The notes under the pieces are model-generated. The model did not search any database. It was given only the letters and a program-made list of their open reading frames with translations, and was not told the origin of the DNA. Positions 8,797 through 19,543 of a stretch of 64,000 nucleotides of DNA are shown piece by piece. How positions within the stretch are numbered: position 1 is the stretch's first letter; each line of letters begins with the position of its first letter. Where the stretch lies: assembly GCA_903899705.1 (NCBI GenBank), contig CAIUKQ010000192.1:103-64102 (forward strand). Reading direction: 5' to 3'. This DNA comes from an uncultured beta proteobacterium (lineage in GTDB: Bacteria; Pseudomonadota; Gammaproteobacteria; Burkholderiales; SG8-39). The translations under genes were made by a program, and so were the position numbers.

Positions 8797-10536
8797 ATGT
8801 CCGATAGCAGCCCCGCGGGTTTTGATGTTCTGGTCAAGGCCGGGCAGGCAGCGTTTCAACAGTTTCTCAATGCCTGGGCGGCACAGTCGGCCGGTGCCGG
8901 TGTCGTGCCTGAGGCTTCCCAGCAGGGCCATGGCCCAGACGCCAAGCTCGCAGCACTTCAATCCGACTATTACCAGAAGCACCTAGCTCTGTGGCAGTCA
9001 TTCCTTGCCGGAGGTGGTGAACAGGGGGTGCCTGCGCAGGCGCAACCGAGCAAGGGCGATAGACGGTTTTCAGGATCGGAGTGGGCCGCAAGCCCTTATT
9101 TTGATTACATCCGCAAGTCCTACCTGCTGAATGCGACCTACCTGACCGAGATGACGCATTCGTTGCCCTTCGATGGCAAGAGCAAGGATCGCCTTGAATT
9201 CGCAACACGCCAATTCATCGACGCCATGAGCCCTGCGAATTTCGCGGCGACCAACCCCGAGGTGCTGAAACTGGCACTCGAATCCAATGGCGAGAGTTTT
9301 ACCCAGGGAATTCATAACCTTATCGAGGACATATCGAAGGGCCGGGTCTCCACCACGCGGGAATCGGAGTTCGAGGTGGGCCGCAATCTGGCCATCACCG
9401 AAGGCAAGGTTGTATTCGAGAACGAACTGATACAACTGATCCAGTACGCGCCGACTACTGCCGAGGTGTACAAACGGCCGCTGGTGATGGTGCCGCCCAG
9501 CATCAACAAGTACTACATCATGGACATGACGCCCGAGTCGTCATTGGTCCGCTTTGCCGTCGATCAGGGGCATACGGTATTTATGATTTCCTGGCGCAAT
9601 ATCACCGGCGAACAGGGGCAGATGACTTGGGATGATTATCTTCGCCTGGGGGTGATGGATGCCATCGATGCTGCGGCTGATATTTCGCGCTCGGACAAAG
9701 TCAATGTGCTGGGATTCTGTGTTGGAGGCACCATTCTCGCCTCGGCGCTTGCGGTACTCGCAGCCGAAGGCGACGACAGGATTTCGAGCCTCACGCTGCT
9801 TGCCACTATGCTGGATTTTTCAGATCCCGGCGAACTGGGCATATTCATCGACGAGCAGAATGTCGCTGCCCGCGAGGCATCGATCGGTTCCGGTGGCGTG
9901 CTTCCAGGCAAAGACCTGTCCGTCGCATTTTCATCTCTGCGAGCCAACGACATGGTCTGGTCCTATGTCGTCAACAATTATCTGAAGGGCAAGCAGCCGG
10001 ACGCCTTCGACCTGCTGTACTGGAACGGTGACTCGGCCAATCTGCCCGGACCGATGTATTGCTATTACCTGCGCAATACCTACCTCGAGAACAATCTCCG
10101 CGTTCCCGGCAAGCTTTCGATGCTGGGTCAGAAGGTCGATCTGGGCTCCATCAAGGTGCCTGCGTACGTTCTGGCGACGCGAGAAGACCATATCGTTCCC
10201 TGGAAAACGGCCTACCTCTCGCGCGATCTTCTGGGCGGGCAGAGCCGTTTTGTACTGGGTGCAAGCGGGCATATTGCCGGGGTTATCAACCCGGCCTCCA
10301 AGAACCGCCGCAGCCATTGGGTAAGCGACAGGAAAGTCGCTGGAAAACCCGTGAAGGATCCGGAAAGCTGGCTTCAGACCGCGACAGAGATTCCCGGAAC
10401 TTGGTGGATAGACTGGGCGCAATGGCTCCCCAAGTTTGGCGGTGCGAAAATCAAGGCGAAAAAAGCGTTAGGCAACAAATCCTACCCACCCATAGAACCT
10501 GCACCCGGCCGTTACGTAAAACAGAACATCGCATAA
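8797..10536 (+). CDS. phaC: Class I poly(3-hydroxyalkanoate) synthase
   Basis: 579 aa with the lipase-box-like GFCVGGT (active-site Cys). Immediately followed by thiolase and reductase genes. Confidence 0.95.
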   Translation: MSDSSPAGFDVLVKAGQAAFQQFLNAWAAQSAGAGVVPEASQQGHGPDAKLAALQSDYYQKHLALWQSFLAGGGEQGVPAQAQPSKGDRRFSGSEWAASPYFDYIRKSYLLNATYLTEMTHSLPFDGKSKDRLEFATRQFIDAMSPANFAATNPEVLKLALESNGESFTQGIHNLIEDISKGRVSTTRESEFEVGRNLAITEGKVVFENELIQLIQYAPTTAEVYKRPLVMVPPSINKYYIMDMTPESSLVRFAVDQGHTVFMISWRNITGEQGQMTWDDYLRLGVMDAIDAAADISRSDKVNVLGFCVGGTILASALAVLAAEGDDRISSLTLLATMLDFSDPGELGIFIDEQNVAAREASIGSGGVLPGKDLSVAFSSLRANDMVWSYVVNNYLKGKQPDAFDLLYWNGDSANLPGPMYCYYLRNTYLENNLRVPGKLSMLGQKVDLGSIKVPAYVLATREDHIVPWKTAYLSRDLLGGQSRFVLGASGHIAGVINPASKNRRSHWVSDRKVAGKPVKDPESWLQTATEIPGTWWIDWAQWLPKFGGAKIKAKKALGNKSYPPIEPAPGRYVKQNIA

Positions 10537-10570
10537 GCGAGGCTGGCCTGCAGAAATTTAGGAGACCCTC

Positions 10571-11749
10571 ATGACGGATGTTGTAATCGTTGCCGCCGGT
10601 CGCACCGCGATCGGCAAATTCAGCGGTACCCTTGCGAAAATTTCCGGTGCCGATCTGGGCGCCCATGTCATCAAGGGTGTGCTCGCGCGGGCCGGCATGG
10701 CGCCTGACCAGGTTTCTGAAGTATTCATGGGCCAGGTGCTCACCGCGGGCATCGGCATGAATGGTGCCCGGCAGGCGTCGTTGCGCGCCGGGGTGTCGGA
10801 CAAGGTGCCGGCGATGACCATCAACATGGTTTGCGGATCCGGGCTGCGCGCAACACACCTGGCAGCCCAGGCCATCAAGGCGGGCGACTCGGAGATTGTC
10901 GTTGCCGGCGGACAGGAAAGCATGAGTCTTTCGCCCCATGTCATGCTGGGTTCGCGCGACGGCTTTCGCATGGGCGATGCGAAACTCATTGATTCGATGA
11001 TCAACGACGGTCTGTGGGACATCTTCAACAACTACCACATGGGTATCACGGCGGAAAACGTCGCGAAAGAGTTCAATATTTCCCGCCAGGAACAGGACGA
11101 ATTTGCCGCAGCTTCCCAGCAAAAGGCCGAAGCCGCACAGAAGGCGGGTCGGTTCAAGGACGAGATCCTCGGCATCGATATCCCCCAGCGAAAGGGCGAT
11201 CCGCTGAAATTCGACACGGATGAATACCCCAAGCACGGCACCACCGTGGAATCGCTTGCCGCCCTGCGGCCTGCCTTCGACAAGGCCGGCACCGTGACCG
11301 CGGGAAATGCGTCGGGTATCAATGATGGCGCCGCCGCCGTGGTGATGATGTCCGCCAAAAAAGCGCAGGAACTGGGTTTAAAGCCGCTGGCAAGGATCAA
11401 GGCTTACGCCACTGCGGGCGTGGACCCCAAGATCATGGGCATGGGGCCTGTGCCGGCATCCCAGCTTTGCCTGTCAAAGGCCGGATGGAAGGCGAGCGAC
11501 CTGGACCTGATGGAAATCAACGAGGCGTTCGCGGCGCAGGCCCTGGCTGTCAACAAGCAGATGGGTTGGGATACGAGCCGCATCAATGTGAACGGTGGCG
11601 CCATTGCCCTGGGGCACCCCATCGGCGCGTCGGGCTGCCGCGTGCTGGTGACCCTGTTGCACGAGATGATTCGCCGCGACGCGAAGAAAGGCCTTGCCTC
11701 GCTGTGCATCGGTGGCGGCATGGGCGTGGCACTTGCGGTTGAAAGATAG
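10571..11749 (+). CDS. phaA: Acetyl-CoA acetyltransferase (beta-ketothiolase)
   Basis: 392 aa with [10 protein letters not shown] (active Cys), the [21 protein letters not shown] and CIGGGMG thiolase signatures. Confidence 0.95.
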   Translation: MTDVVIVAAGRTAIGKFSGTLAKISGADLGAHVIKGVLARAGMAPDQVSEVFMGQVLTAGIGMNGARQASLRAGVSDKVPAMTINMVCGSGLRATHLAAQAIKAGDSEIVVAGGQESMSLSPHVMLGSRDGFRMGDAKLIDSMINDGLWDIFNNYHMGITAENVAKEFNISRQEQDEFAAASQQKAEAAQKAGRFKDEILGIDIPQRKGDPLKFDTDEYPKHGTTVESLAALRPAFDKAGTVTAGNASGINDGAAAVVMMSAKKAQELGLKPLARIKAYATAGVDPKIMGMGPVPASQLCLSKAGWKASDLDLMEINEAFAAQALAVNKQMGWDTSRINVNGGAIALGHPIGASGCRVLVTLLHEMIRRDAKKGLASLCIGGGMGVALAVER

Positions 11750-11802
11750 TAAGTATTTGATTTTTATGTATTTATAATAAAAATTCACAGAGAGACAGGC
11801 AT

Positions 11803-12609
11803 ATGGACATGGCAGTGGGAAAAGACATCCAGGCTCGCGAAGGGCAATCCCCTTTATCCAACAAGAATGCGCGCCAACTCACCGCCCTGGTAACCGGCGG
11901 AATGGGTGGCATCGGCAGTGCGATCTGTTCGCGGTTGGGGAAAAGCGGTATCCGGATTGTTGCGGGCTGCCTTCCCGGCTATGCCAAAAAAGACGAGTGG
12001 CTGGCGCAGATGAAGGAACAGGGTGTGATGGCGCACGCGGCCGAAGGGATGGTCGATGATTACCAAGCCTGTGTTCGCATGGTTGGCACCATCCGCGAGG
12101 AAGTGGGCGAGATCGATATCCTGGTCAATAATGCCGGCATCACCCGCGACGGTTTTCTCAAGAAAATGACGCCAGAAGACTGGTATGCCGTCATCAACAC
12201 AAACATGAACAGCGTGTTTAACGTCACGCGTCAGGTGATCGAAGGCATGTCAACGCGGGGCTGGGGCCGGGTGATCAACATTTCCTCGGTGAACGCCATC
12301 AAGGGCCAGTTCGGGCAAACCAATTATTCGGCCGCCAAGGCAGGCATGCACGGTTTCACCAAGGCACTGGCCCAGGAAGTGGTTCGCAAGGGAGTCACTG
12401 TCAACACCATTTCCCCCGGCTATGTCGAGACCGACATGACCCGCGCAATCAAGCCCGAAATCCTGCAATCCATCATCGAGCAGATTCCCATGGGACGCAT
12501 GGCTCGACCCGAGGAAATTGCCGGCCTGATCGCCTACCTGATCTCTGACGACGCAGCCTACATAACCGGCGCCAACATGTCGATCAATGGTGGCCTGCAC
12601 ATGATGTAG
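11803..12609 (+). CDS. Acetoacetyl-CoA reductase paralog (SDR) with a ~22-aa N-terminal extension
   Basis: Contains TALVTGGMGGIGSAI, NNAGITRD and YSAAKAGMHGFTKALA (YxxxK). It is preceded by an unusually AT-rich spacer. Confidence 0.85.
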   Translation: MDMAVGKDIQAREGQSPLSNKNARQLTALVTGGMGGIGSAICSRLGKSGIRIVAGCLPGYAKKDEWLAQMKEQGVMAHAAEGMVDDYQACVRMVGTIREEVGEIDILVNNAGITRDGFLKKMTPEDWYAVINTNMNSVFNVTRQVIEGMSTRGWGRVINISSVNAIKGQFGQTNYSAAKAGMHGFTKALAQEVVRKGVTVNTISPGYVETDMTRAIKPEILQSIIEQIPMGRMARPEEIAGLIAYLISDDAAYITGANMSINGGLHMM

Positions 12610-12741
12610 GTCGGCCCGGAGCACCGACCGGCCGGGTATACAATTTCCGGCGGACAGGGTATTTCGGAAATTTGTCAGACGGGCCACATCGGAAATCGGG
12701 TTGGCGAGTCTTTTTATGGTCATGCAACATTCGGGGGGAGT

Positions 12742-13485
12742 ATGGCAAAGCGAGTGGCATTGATTACCGGCGGGATGGGCGGACTGGGCGAGACCATAAG
12801 CACCAAGATGGCGGATGCCGGCTACAAAGTGGTGGTCACCTATTCGCCTTCCAACAAGACCTCCAATGAGTGGCTCGCGCAAATGAAAAGCCGGGGGTAC
12901 GAGTTCAGCGCCTATCCCTGCGATGTCGGTGATTTCGATTCCTGCAAGGCCTGCGTGGAAAAGGTGTCCCGGGAGGTCGGTCTGGTCGACATACTGGTGA
13001 ACAACGCCGGCATCACCCGTGACGTGACGTTCAAGAAAATGACCAAATCCGACTGGGATGCGGTGATGCACACCAATCTGGATTCGGTGTTCAACATGTC
13101 CAAACAGGTGTGCGATTCCATGGTGGAACGCAATTGGGGGCGCATTATCAACGTGTCCTCGGTGAACGGCTCCAAGGGTGCCTTCGGGCAGACGAATTAC
13201 GCGGCTGCAAAAGCAGGCATGCACGGTTTCACCAAGTCCTTGGCGCTGGAAGTCGCGCGCAAATGCGTCACGGTCAACACCATATCGCCGGGCTATATCG
13301 GCACCAAGATGGTGACGGCGATCCCAAAGGAAATTCTCGATACCAAGATCATTCCGCAGATTCCGGTGGGTCGGCTCGGCCAACCTGAAGAGGTGGCGGG
13401 CCTGATCATTTACCTGTGCTCCGAAGAGGCTGCTTTCGTGAATGGTGCCAATATCGCCATCAACGGTGGCCAGCACATGCAATAG
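12742..13485 (+). CDS. phaB: Acetoacetyl-CoA reductase
   Basis: 247 aa starting MAKRVALITGGMGGLG, with NNAGITRD and YAAAKAGMHGFTKSLA. A GGGGGGAG SD lies upstream. Confidence 0.9.
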   Translation: MAKRVALITGGMGGLGETISTKMADAGYKVVVTYSPSNKTSNEWLAQMKSRGYEFSAYPCDVGDFDSCKACVEKVSREVGLVDILVNNAGITRDVTFKKMTKSDWDAVMHTNLDSVFNMSKQVCDSMVERNWGRIINVSSVNGSKGAFGQTNYAAAKAGMHGFTKSLALEVARKCVTVNTISPGYIGTKMVTAIPKEILDTKIIPQIPVGRLGQPEEVAGLIIYLCSEEAAFVNGANIAINGGQHMQ

Positions 13486-13627
13486 GGGCAATCCAGACCG
13501 GTGACCTTGGTGGCGGGCGCTGCTGTTGCAATGCAGCATGACAGTGCCTAACCGATGGGGCCACAATGACTCTGTTGTTCACTGCGACGCAACAACAGAC
13601 AAAAAAAGCAACCGCGCGCACTAACCC

Positions 13628-14254
13628 ATGTCACAGCAGGGAATCCAAATGGCTGATCCGGTGCGTCTCATCAAGAAGTATCCCAATCGCAGGCTCTATG
13701 ACACCCAGACGAGCGCCTACATCACGCTTGCGGATGTGAAAGAACTGGTCCTCAAGAACGAGAATTTCCAGGTTGTCGACGCCAAGACCGGTGAAAACCT
13801 CACGAGGTCCATTCTGCTGCAGATCATCCTTGAAGAGGAATCCAGCGGCAGCCCGATGTTTACCTCCGACGTGCTGACGCAATTCATCCGTTTCTACGGC
13901 AATGCGATGCAGGGCATGATGGGATCCTATCTGGAGCGAAACATTCAGCTCTTCAGCGAACTGCAGAAGAAAATGCAGGAGCAGTCGCAGTCGCTCTATG
14001 GCGGCAACAAGGCCAGCCAGGATTTGTGGAACCAGTTCATGGCATTTCAGGGACCTGCGATGCAAAGCCTGGTTTCTTCGTATATGGACCAGAGCCGCAG
14101 CATGTTCCTGCAGATGCAGGAAAAGGTGCAGAACCAGACGCGCAACATGTTCACCGGATTCGGATTCCCCGGATATCAGGCCACGGGCGAAGAGGGAACA
14201 TCGTCGGCGAATGAGGCGGCAGGCAAATCGCCCGAAGGCGAGAGGAAATCCTGA
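13628..14254 (+). CDS. phaR: PHA synthesis repressor PhaR
   Basis: Carries the hallmark N-terminus [28 protein letters not shown]. There is an alternative ATG at 13649. Confidence 0.9.
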   Translation: MSQQGIQMADPVRLIKKYPNRRLYDTQTSAYITLADVKELVLKNENFQVVDAKTGENLTRSILLQIILEEESSGSPMFTSDVLTQFIRFYGNAMQGMMGSYLERNIQLFSELQKKMQEQSQSLYGGNKASQDLWNQFMAFQGPAMQSLVSSYMDQSRSMFLQMQEKVQNQTRNMFTGFGFPGYQATGEEGTSSANEAAGKSPEGERKS

Positions 14255-14322
14255 AAACCGCTGCTCCCGCAAAGACCCGGGCAAAATCTGCATCCCCAAG
14301 AAAGCCACCCACGGTTGGATTC

Positions 14323-15636
14323 GTGTCGCTGGGTTGCCCCAAGGCCCTGGTTGATTCCGAGCGCATCCTCACGCAGTTGCGTACCGAGGGCTATCTGACG
14401 GCGGGTAATTACCGCGATGCCGAGCTTGTGATCGTCAACACCTGCGGATTCATCGACAGCGCGGTCGAGGAGTCCCTCGATGCCATTGGTGAGGCGCTGG
14501 CCGAAAACGGCAGGGTCATCGTCACCGGTTGCCTGGGCGCCAAAGGGGATGTGGTCCGGGCGGCGCACCCGAAAGTGCTCGCGGTAACCGGTCCGCATGC
14601 CCTCGATGAGGTGATGACGGCCGTGCATCGCCATCTGCCGCAGCCGCTGGAAGACTCCGCCAATCCCTTCCTGAGCCTCGTGCCCCCGCAAGGCATCAAG
14701 CTCACGCCGCGCCACTACGCCTATCTGAAAATTTCCGAAGGCTGCAATCACCGCTGCACCTTCTGCATCATTCCCTCCATGCGTGGCGACCTTGTGTCCC
14801 GTCCGATTGGGGAGGTGATGGGAGAGGCGGAGTCCCTGCTGAAGGCCGGTGTCAAGGAATTGCTGGTGATATCACAGGACACCAGCGCCTACGGCGTGGA
14901 CGTGAAATACCGCACTGGATTCTGGAATGGAAGACCGCTGAAAACGCGCATGACCGAGCTTTGCGTCGCACTGGGCGAGTTGTGTGCCCGCTATGACAAT
15001 GCCTGGGTGCGACTGCACTATGTCTATCCGTATCCGCATGTGGACGAGGTCATTCCGCTGATGGCCGAAGGCCGCATCCTGCCGTACCTCGACGTTCCCT
15101 TTCAGCACGCAAGCCCGCGGATTCTCAAGCTGATGAAGAGGCCGGCCAGCGCCGAGAACAATCTTGAGCGCATTCGCGCGTGGCGGAAAATTTGTCCCGA
15201 CCTGACGGTCCGCTCGACCTTCATCGCGGGCTTTCCCGGCGAGACCGACGCCGAATTCGAGGAACTGATGCAGTTCATCGAGGCGGCGGAACTGGACCGC
15301 GTCGGTTGCTTCGCCTACTCACCGGTTGAAGGCGCGAAGGCCAACGATCTGCCCGACCCGGTGCCTGAGGAAGTTCGCGAGGAACGCCGCGGGCGCCTGA
15401 TGATGCTGCAGGAAAAGATCAGCGCCCGCCGTCTGAAGGCAAAAGTCGGTGCAAGCCTGAAAGTATTGATTGACGAAATTTCGGAAGAGGGCGCGATCGC
15501 CCGGTCCGCCGCCGATGCGCCCGAAATCGACGGGCGAGTCATCATTGCGAAACCCGGAGAGTTGAAGCCCGGAGACTGGGCGCAGTTGAAGATTACCCGC
15601 GCCGGCAAGCATGATCTGTGGGGCCGGCTGATCTAG
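14323..15636 (+). CDS. rimO: Ribosomal protein S12 methylthiotransferase
   Basis: Near-collinear with E. coli RimO: [23 protein letters not shown], the radical-SAM motif [25 protein letters not shown], and a TRAM domain at the C-terminus. The start is uncertain because the conserved VGF residues lie upstream of the GTG at 14323. Confidence 0.9.
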   Translation: MSLGCPKALVDSERILTQLRTEGYLTAGNYRDAELVIVNTCGFIDSAVEESLDAIGEALAENGRVIVTGCLGAKGDVVRAAHPKVLAVTGPHALDEVMTAVHRHLPQPLEDSANPFLSLVPPQGIKLTPRHYAYLKISEGCNHRCTFCIIPSMRGDLVSRPIGEVMGEAESLLKAGVKELLVISQDTSAYGVDVKYRTGFWNGRPLKTRMTELCVALGELCARYDNAWVRLHYVYPYPHVDEVIPLMAEGRILPYLDVPFQHASPRILKLMKRPASAENNLERIRAWRKICPDLTVRSTFIAGFPGETDAEFEELMQFIEAAELDRVGCFAYSPVEGAKANDLPDPVPEEVREERRGRLMMLQEKISARRLKAKVGASLKVLIDEISEEGAIARSAADAPEIDGRVIIAKPGELKPGDWAQLKITRAGKHDLWGRLI

Positions 15637-15672
15637 ATCGCCGGCATCAATCGACAAACCAGGAGAACCCCC

Positions 15673-16857
15673 ATGGCCAATCGCGAAGTAGTGATTGTCA
15701 GCGCGGTGCGTACCGCGATCGGTGCATACGGTGCATCATTGAAGGACGTACCGCCCACGCAGCTTGGCGCCATTTGCGTCAGGGATTCGCTGGCGCGGGC
15801 AAAGGTCGATCCAGCCTCGGTGGGGCACGTGGTATTCGGCAGCGTGGTGTTCGGCGAAGCACGCGACATGTATCTGTCGCGCGTTGCGGCGATCGACGGC
15901 GGCCTGCCGGTCAGCACGCCGTGCCTCACGGTCAACCGGCTTTGCGGCAGCGGCCTGCAGGCGGTGGTGTCCGCGGCCCAGCACATCCTGCTGGGCGATT
16001 GCGACGTCGCCCTGGCCGGTGGCGCGGAGAGCATGAGTCGCGCGGCCTACATCATGCCGGCGGCGCGCTGGGGACAGCGCATGGGCGATGCGCAGGTGGT
16101 GGATGCCATGACAGCCGCTCTTCACGACCCGTTCGGCCATGGCCACATGGGCATTACGGCTGAGAACATTGCCGCGAAATACGGCATCACGCGCGAGGAA
16201 CAGGATGCCTATTCGCTGGAGAGCCATCGGCGCGCGTCGGCGGCACTGGCCGCCGGCCATTTCAAGTCGCAAATCGTTCCCGTGGAAATCAAATCGCGAA
16301 AGGGAACGGTGGCCTTCGATACTGATGAACATGTGCGCCGCGACCTGACGATCGAAGATTTGCAGAAGCTGAAAACCGTGTTCAAGAAGGATGGAACGGT
16401 AACCGCGGGCAATGCCTCGGGCATCAACGATGCGGCTGCTGCGGTGGTGCTAATGGAGGCGGGCGAAGCGAAAAAACTGGGTGCAAAACCCATGGCACGA
16501 CTGGTGGCCTATTCCCACGCGGGAGTGGAGCCGCAATTGATGGGCCTTGGTCCCATACCTGCCGTGCAGCGCCTTTTCAAGATCTCGGGCTTGAAGCCCG
16601 CCGACATGGACGTGATCGAATCCAACGAAGCGTTCGCGGTGCAGGCCATGGCCGTGACTCGCGACCTGGGGCTTGATCCGGCAAAGGTCAATGTCAACGG
16701 TGGTGCGGTGGCGCTGGGTCATCCGATCGGGGCGACGGGGGCCATACTGACTGTCAAGGCGATCTACGAACTTCACCGCATCCAGAAGAAGTATGCGCTG
16801 GTCACCATGTGCATCGGTGGCGGTCAGGGCATCGCGGCGATTTTCGAGAGACTTTGA
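15673..16857 (+). CDS. Second acetyl-CoA acetyltransferase / beta-ketothiolase (BktB-like)
   Basis: 394 aa with [31 protein letters not shown] and CIGGGQG. Confidence 0.9.
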   Translation: MANREVVIVSAVRTAIGAYGASLKDVPPTQLGAICVRDSLARAKVDPASVGHVVFGSVVFGEARDMYLSRVAAIDGGLPVSTPCLTVNRLCGSGLQAVVSAAQHILLGDCDVALAGGAESMSRAAYIMPAARWGQRMGDAQVVDAMTAALHDPFGHGHMGITAENIAAKYGITREEQDAYSLESHRRASAALAAGHFKSQIVPVEIKSRKGTVAFDTDEHVRRDLTIEDLQKLKTVFKKDGTVTAGNASGINDAAAAVVLMEAGEAKKLGAKPMARLVAYSHAGVEPQLMGLGPIPAVQRLFKISGLKPADMDVIESNEAFAVQAMAVTRDLGLDPAKVNVNGGAVALGHPIGATGAILTVKAIYELHRIQKKYALVTMCIGGGQGIAAIFERL

Positions 16858-16866
16858 TCTTTGCGG

Positions 16867-17469
16867 TTATTGCTGCCGGATGAAAATCTCGATTCCACGC
16901 AGCAACATCTCCACCGCAATCGCCGTCAGCACCAGTCCCATCATTCGTTCCACCGCCATGAGGGCGCGCTCGCCCAGTGCGCGCGCAATGCGTTCCGCGA
17001 ATACCAGCGCCAGCGCGCTCAGCGCCATGGCCAGGCTGATCGCGATGATCCATTCGGTGATCCGTTCCGGTGCCCGCGAGGCGAGCAGCACCACGGTGGC
17101 GATGGCGGTGGGTCCGGCCAGCGAAGGTATTGCCAGCGGGACGATGAAGGGTTCCCCCTCTGGCAATGGGCCCATGGGGCCTTCCGGCGAGCGGAAAACC
17201 ATGCGAAGCGCAATGACAAACAGGATCACGCCGCCCGCGATGTTGAGTGAGCGGTCGGAAATGCCAATCAGTTGCAAGGCGCGTTCGCCGAAGAACACGA
17301 AAAACAGCAGTACGCTGTAGGCGATCAGGCATTCCCGCAGGACCACGCGGGTTCTCCGCTGCGGTTTCACCGATTTGAGCAGCGTCGAGAACAGCGGGAT
17401 GTTGCCGATCGGGTCGGTGACCAGCAGCAGAACGACCACTGCAGAAGCAAATGTGATGTCCAGCATCAT
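16867..17469 (-). CDS. MarC-family (UPF0056) integral membrane protein
   Basis: 200-aa polytopic protein with the N-terminal LVTDPIGNIPLF motif. Confidence 0.8.
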   Translation of the reverse strand: MMLDITFASAVVVLLLVTDPIGNIPLFSTLLKSVKPQRRTRVVLRECLIAYSVLLFFVFFGERALQLIGISDRSLNIAGGVILFVIALRMVFRSPEGPMGPLPEGEPFIVPLAIPSLAGPTAIATVVLLASRAPERITEWIIAISLAMALSALALVFAERIARALGERALMAVERMMGLVLTAIAVEMLLRGIEIFIRQQ

Positions 17470-17532
17470 TGCGGTCCAGCGAAAACCCGGTGAAGCCGCG
17501 CCACGCGGCGCGGTCTCAGGTCAGCGTGCGGA

Positions 17533-19362
17533 TTATTCGTAACCCGGCGCCACATGCACGTCGATCACGCAGACTTTGCCTTCGCGAACGTGCTTCAGGC
17601 CCTGCTCGATGGCCGGTTGCAGATCCTTGACGTCGATGATGGGCCCGATGCCGATGGCACCCTGCGCGCGTCCCATGGCGGCCAGGTCCACATCCGGGCC
17701 GATGATGCGCTGACCAATCCACTTGTTCTCGACCGGTCGGGCACGCGTCTTGGCCACGTTGGACTGGTGTACTTCGTCGTTGTAGTAGCCGCGGTTGTTG
17801 GAAATGATCATGAGGCAGGGCATGTCATAGCGGACCGCAGTCCAGATGGCGGTGACGCCCATGAGGAAATCGCCGTCGCCCAGCACGGCCGCAACAATGC
17901 GGCTGGTGCCCTTTAGTGCGAGTGCGGCTCCCGCCGTAGTTCCCGGCCCCGCGCCCAGTCCGCCGCCGCCGTCGCCGCCGAGGTAATCCAGCGGATGACG
18001 GAAATGGCGGTAGCGCGAGTTCCATCCGATCGGATGCCGCGCAAGGCAGACCTCCAAGCCCTCGGTGGCCTTGTTGAAGGCCTGCGCGATGTCATAGATC
18101 GCTATCTCTTTGGTTTCAGGGCGCTTGATGGGCGCTTCCTTTGGAGCCGGCGCCGCTTCCGGACGCGCCTTCACCAGATCCAGCAACATGGCGACAGCGA
18201 CATCGGGTTCGCACAGCAGCGCCACATCCGCCGGCGGAAGTATCTGGTATTCCATGGTCGTTGCGCGGTGGCTGTAGACATCGCAGGATGCATTGATGAC
18301 CATTGCGGAAACGGTCGCCTGACCGGTGGCCTGCTTGAACAGGCCACCCAGATCCACCCAATCAAGGGAAAGGATCACGTCGGCCTCCTTGATCAGCTGG
18401 ATTGCAGCCGCGCTCGGGCGCATCGGCACCGGCGCGGCCGGATGCAGGCGGTGATCGGTGGGGAAGGAAGCGCCGACGCGCGGGTCGGTGAGCACATAGG
18501 CGTTGAGTTTTTCGGCAAAGGCGACGCGGCGATTCCAGTCTTCAATGGAAAGCGACGTGCGGCCGGCGAGAATCAGCGGCCGTTTCGCGTTTGACAACAG
18601 GGCGGCGGCTTCCCGCAACGCATCGGCCGAGGGTGCGGCGGGGGCCGGCGGCGCGTAGCGTTTGACATCGGGCAGGGGAGGCAATGCGCCCAGTTTCTGC
18701 TCCTGCAAGCCGACATCCAGGTTGATGTAGACGGGGCCTTGTGGGGCGGTCTGCGCGATCTGCGAGGCTCGCAGCAGCGCTTCATACGCGGCGGGCACCG
18801 AGCTGGGCTGGTTGTCCCATTTGACGTAATCGCGCACCAGCGCGCCCTGGTCGGCGCAGGTGTGTATCCATTCGATCCAGGGGCGGCGCTGATCCGCATC
18901 CATCGGTCCGGTGGCGCCGAGCATCAGGATGGGCACGCGCGCGCACCATGCATTGAATATGGCCATGCTGGCGTGCAGCAGGCCCACGTTGCTGTGCAGG
19001 GCAACCGCCATCATTTTCCCCGATGCCTTGGCAAAGCCGTGCGCGATGGCGACCGCGCTTTCTTCGTGCAGGCACACCATCATCTTGGGGTTTGCGTTGC
19101 CCAGGTAATTCACCAGGCTGTCGTGAAATCCCTTGTAGCTCGCGCCCGGGTTGAGTGTGATGTAGGGAATGTCCAGCGCCTTGAGCATTGCGGCTATGGC
19201 GTCGCTGCCCCAGGTTTCAGTCGGTGTGCCTTCGTGTGTGGGCAGTTCAAGCGCGAGTTCGCGCGGCAGGTCGTTCTTGGCGTTCATGGGTTTCCCGTTC
19301 GGCTGTGAGTGGTTGGGCGGGGCGGCGGCGGGGGACTCTGCTTGCTGAGTCTGCTGCGCCAT
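17533..19362 (-). CDS. Thiamine-diphosphate-dependent enzyme (acetolactate synthase-like family)
   Basis: Has a ThDP motif (LGDGDFLMG...ISNNRGYYN) and an N-terminal Pyr domain (GSDAIAAMLKALDIPYITLNPGAS). The start is uncertain, with an alternative M at codon 26. Confidence 0.8.
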   Translation of the reverse strand: MAQQTQQAESPAAAPPNHSQPNGKPMNAKNDLPRELALELPTHEGTPTETWGSDAIAAMLKALDIPYITLNPGASYKGFHDSLVNYLGNANPKMMVCLHEESAVAIAHGFAKASGKMMAVALHSNVGLLHASMAIFNAWCARVPILMLGATGPMDADQRRPWIEWIHTCADQGALVRDYVKWDNQPSSVPAAYEALLRASQIAQTAPQGPVYINLDVGLQEQKLGALPPLPDVKRYAPPAPAAPSADALREAAALLSNAKRPLILAGRTSLSIEDWNRRVAFAEKLNAYVLTDPRVGASFPTDHRLHPAAPVPMRPSAAAIQLIKEADVILSLDWVDLGGLFKQATGQATVSAMVINASCDVYSHRATTMEYQILPPADVALLCEPDVAVAMLLDLVKARPEAAPAPKEAPIKRPETKEIAIYDIAQAFNKATEGLEVCLARHPIGWNSRYRHFRHPLDYLGGDGGGGLGAGPGTTAGAALALKGTSRIVAAVLGDGDFLMGVTAIWTAVRYDMPCLMIISNNRGYYNDEVHQSNVAKTRARPVENKWIGQRIIGPDVDLAAMGRAQGAIGIGPIIDVKDLQPAIEQGLKHVREGKVCVIDVHVAPGYE

Positions 19363-19543
19363 CGTGCCCGGGCAGTATAGTCATTCATCCGGTGCTTCGC
19401 AGGGCTGATGGGTTCATGCCCGCAAGGACAGAGTCCGCGGGGAAAATCCGGAAAATTCCGGGTTCGGATATGATCCGGCGTATTGCAAATCCCGCATGTG
19501 GAACTCCGCGTGCGATTCGATTGATCCTCCCTGAGAGCAAAAC

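Noticed and set aside
12250-13566. 438-aa minus-strand ORF covering both phaB paralogs, and similar long antisense ORFs opposite phaA (10451..11236), fabF (55640..56575), rseB (58447..59430), uvrB (40975..41997) and lepB (63129..63938).
   Set aside because: They lie opposite genes with unmistakable family motifs. Their translations lack recognisable motifs and are typical high-GC antisense open frames.
19501-19543. A CUGAGA motif upstream of the first cupin gene, next to a ThDP enzyme, as a possible TPP riboswitch.
   Set aside because: The motif lies only ~10 nt from the start codon. The rest of the THI-box consensus (the ACCUGAUCUGGAUAAUGCCAGCG-like pyrimidine-sensing helix) is absent.
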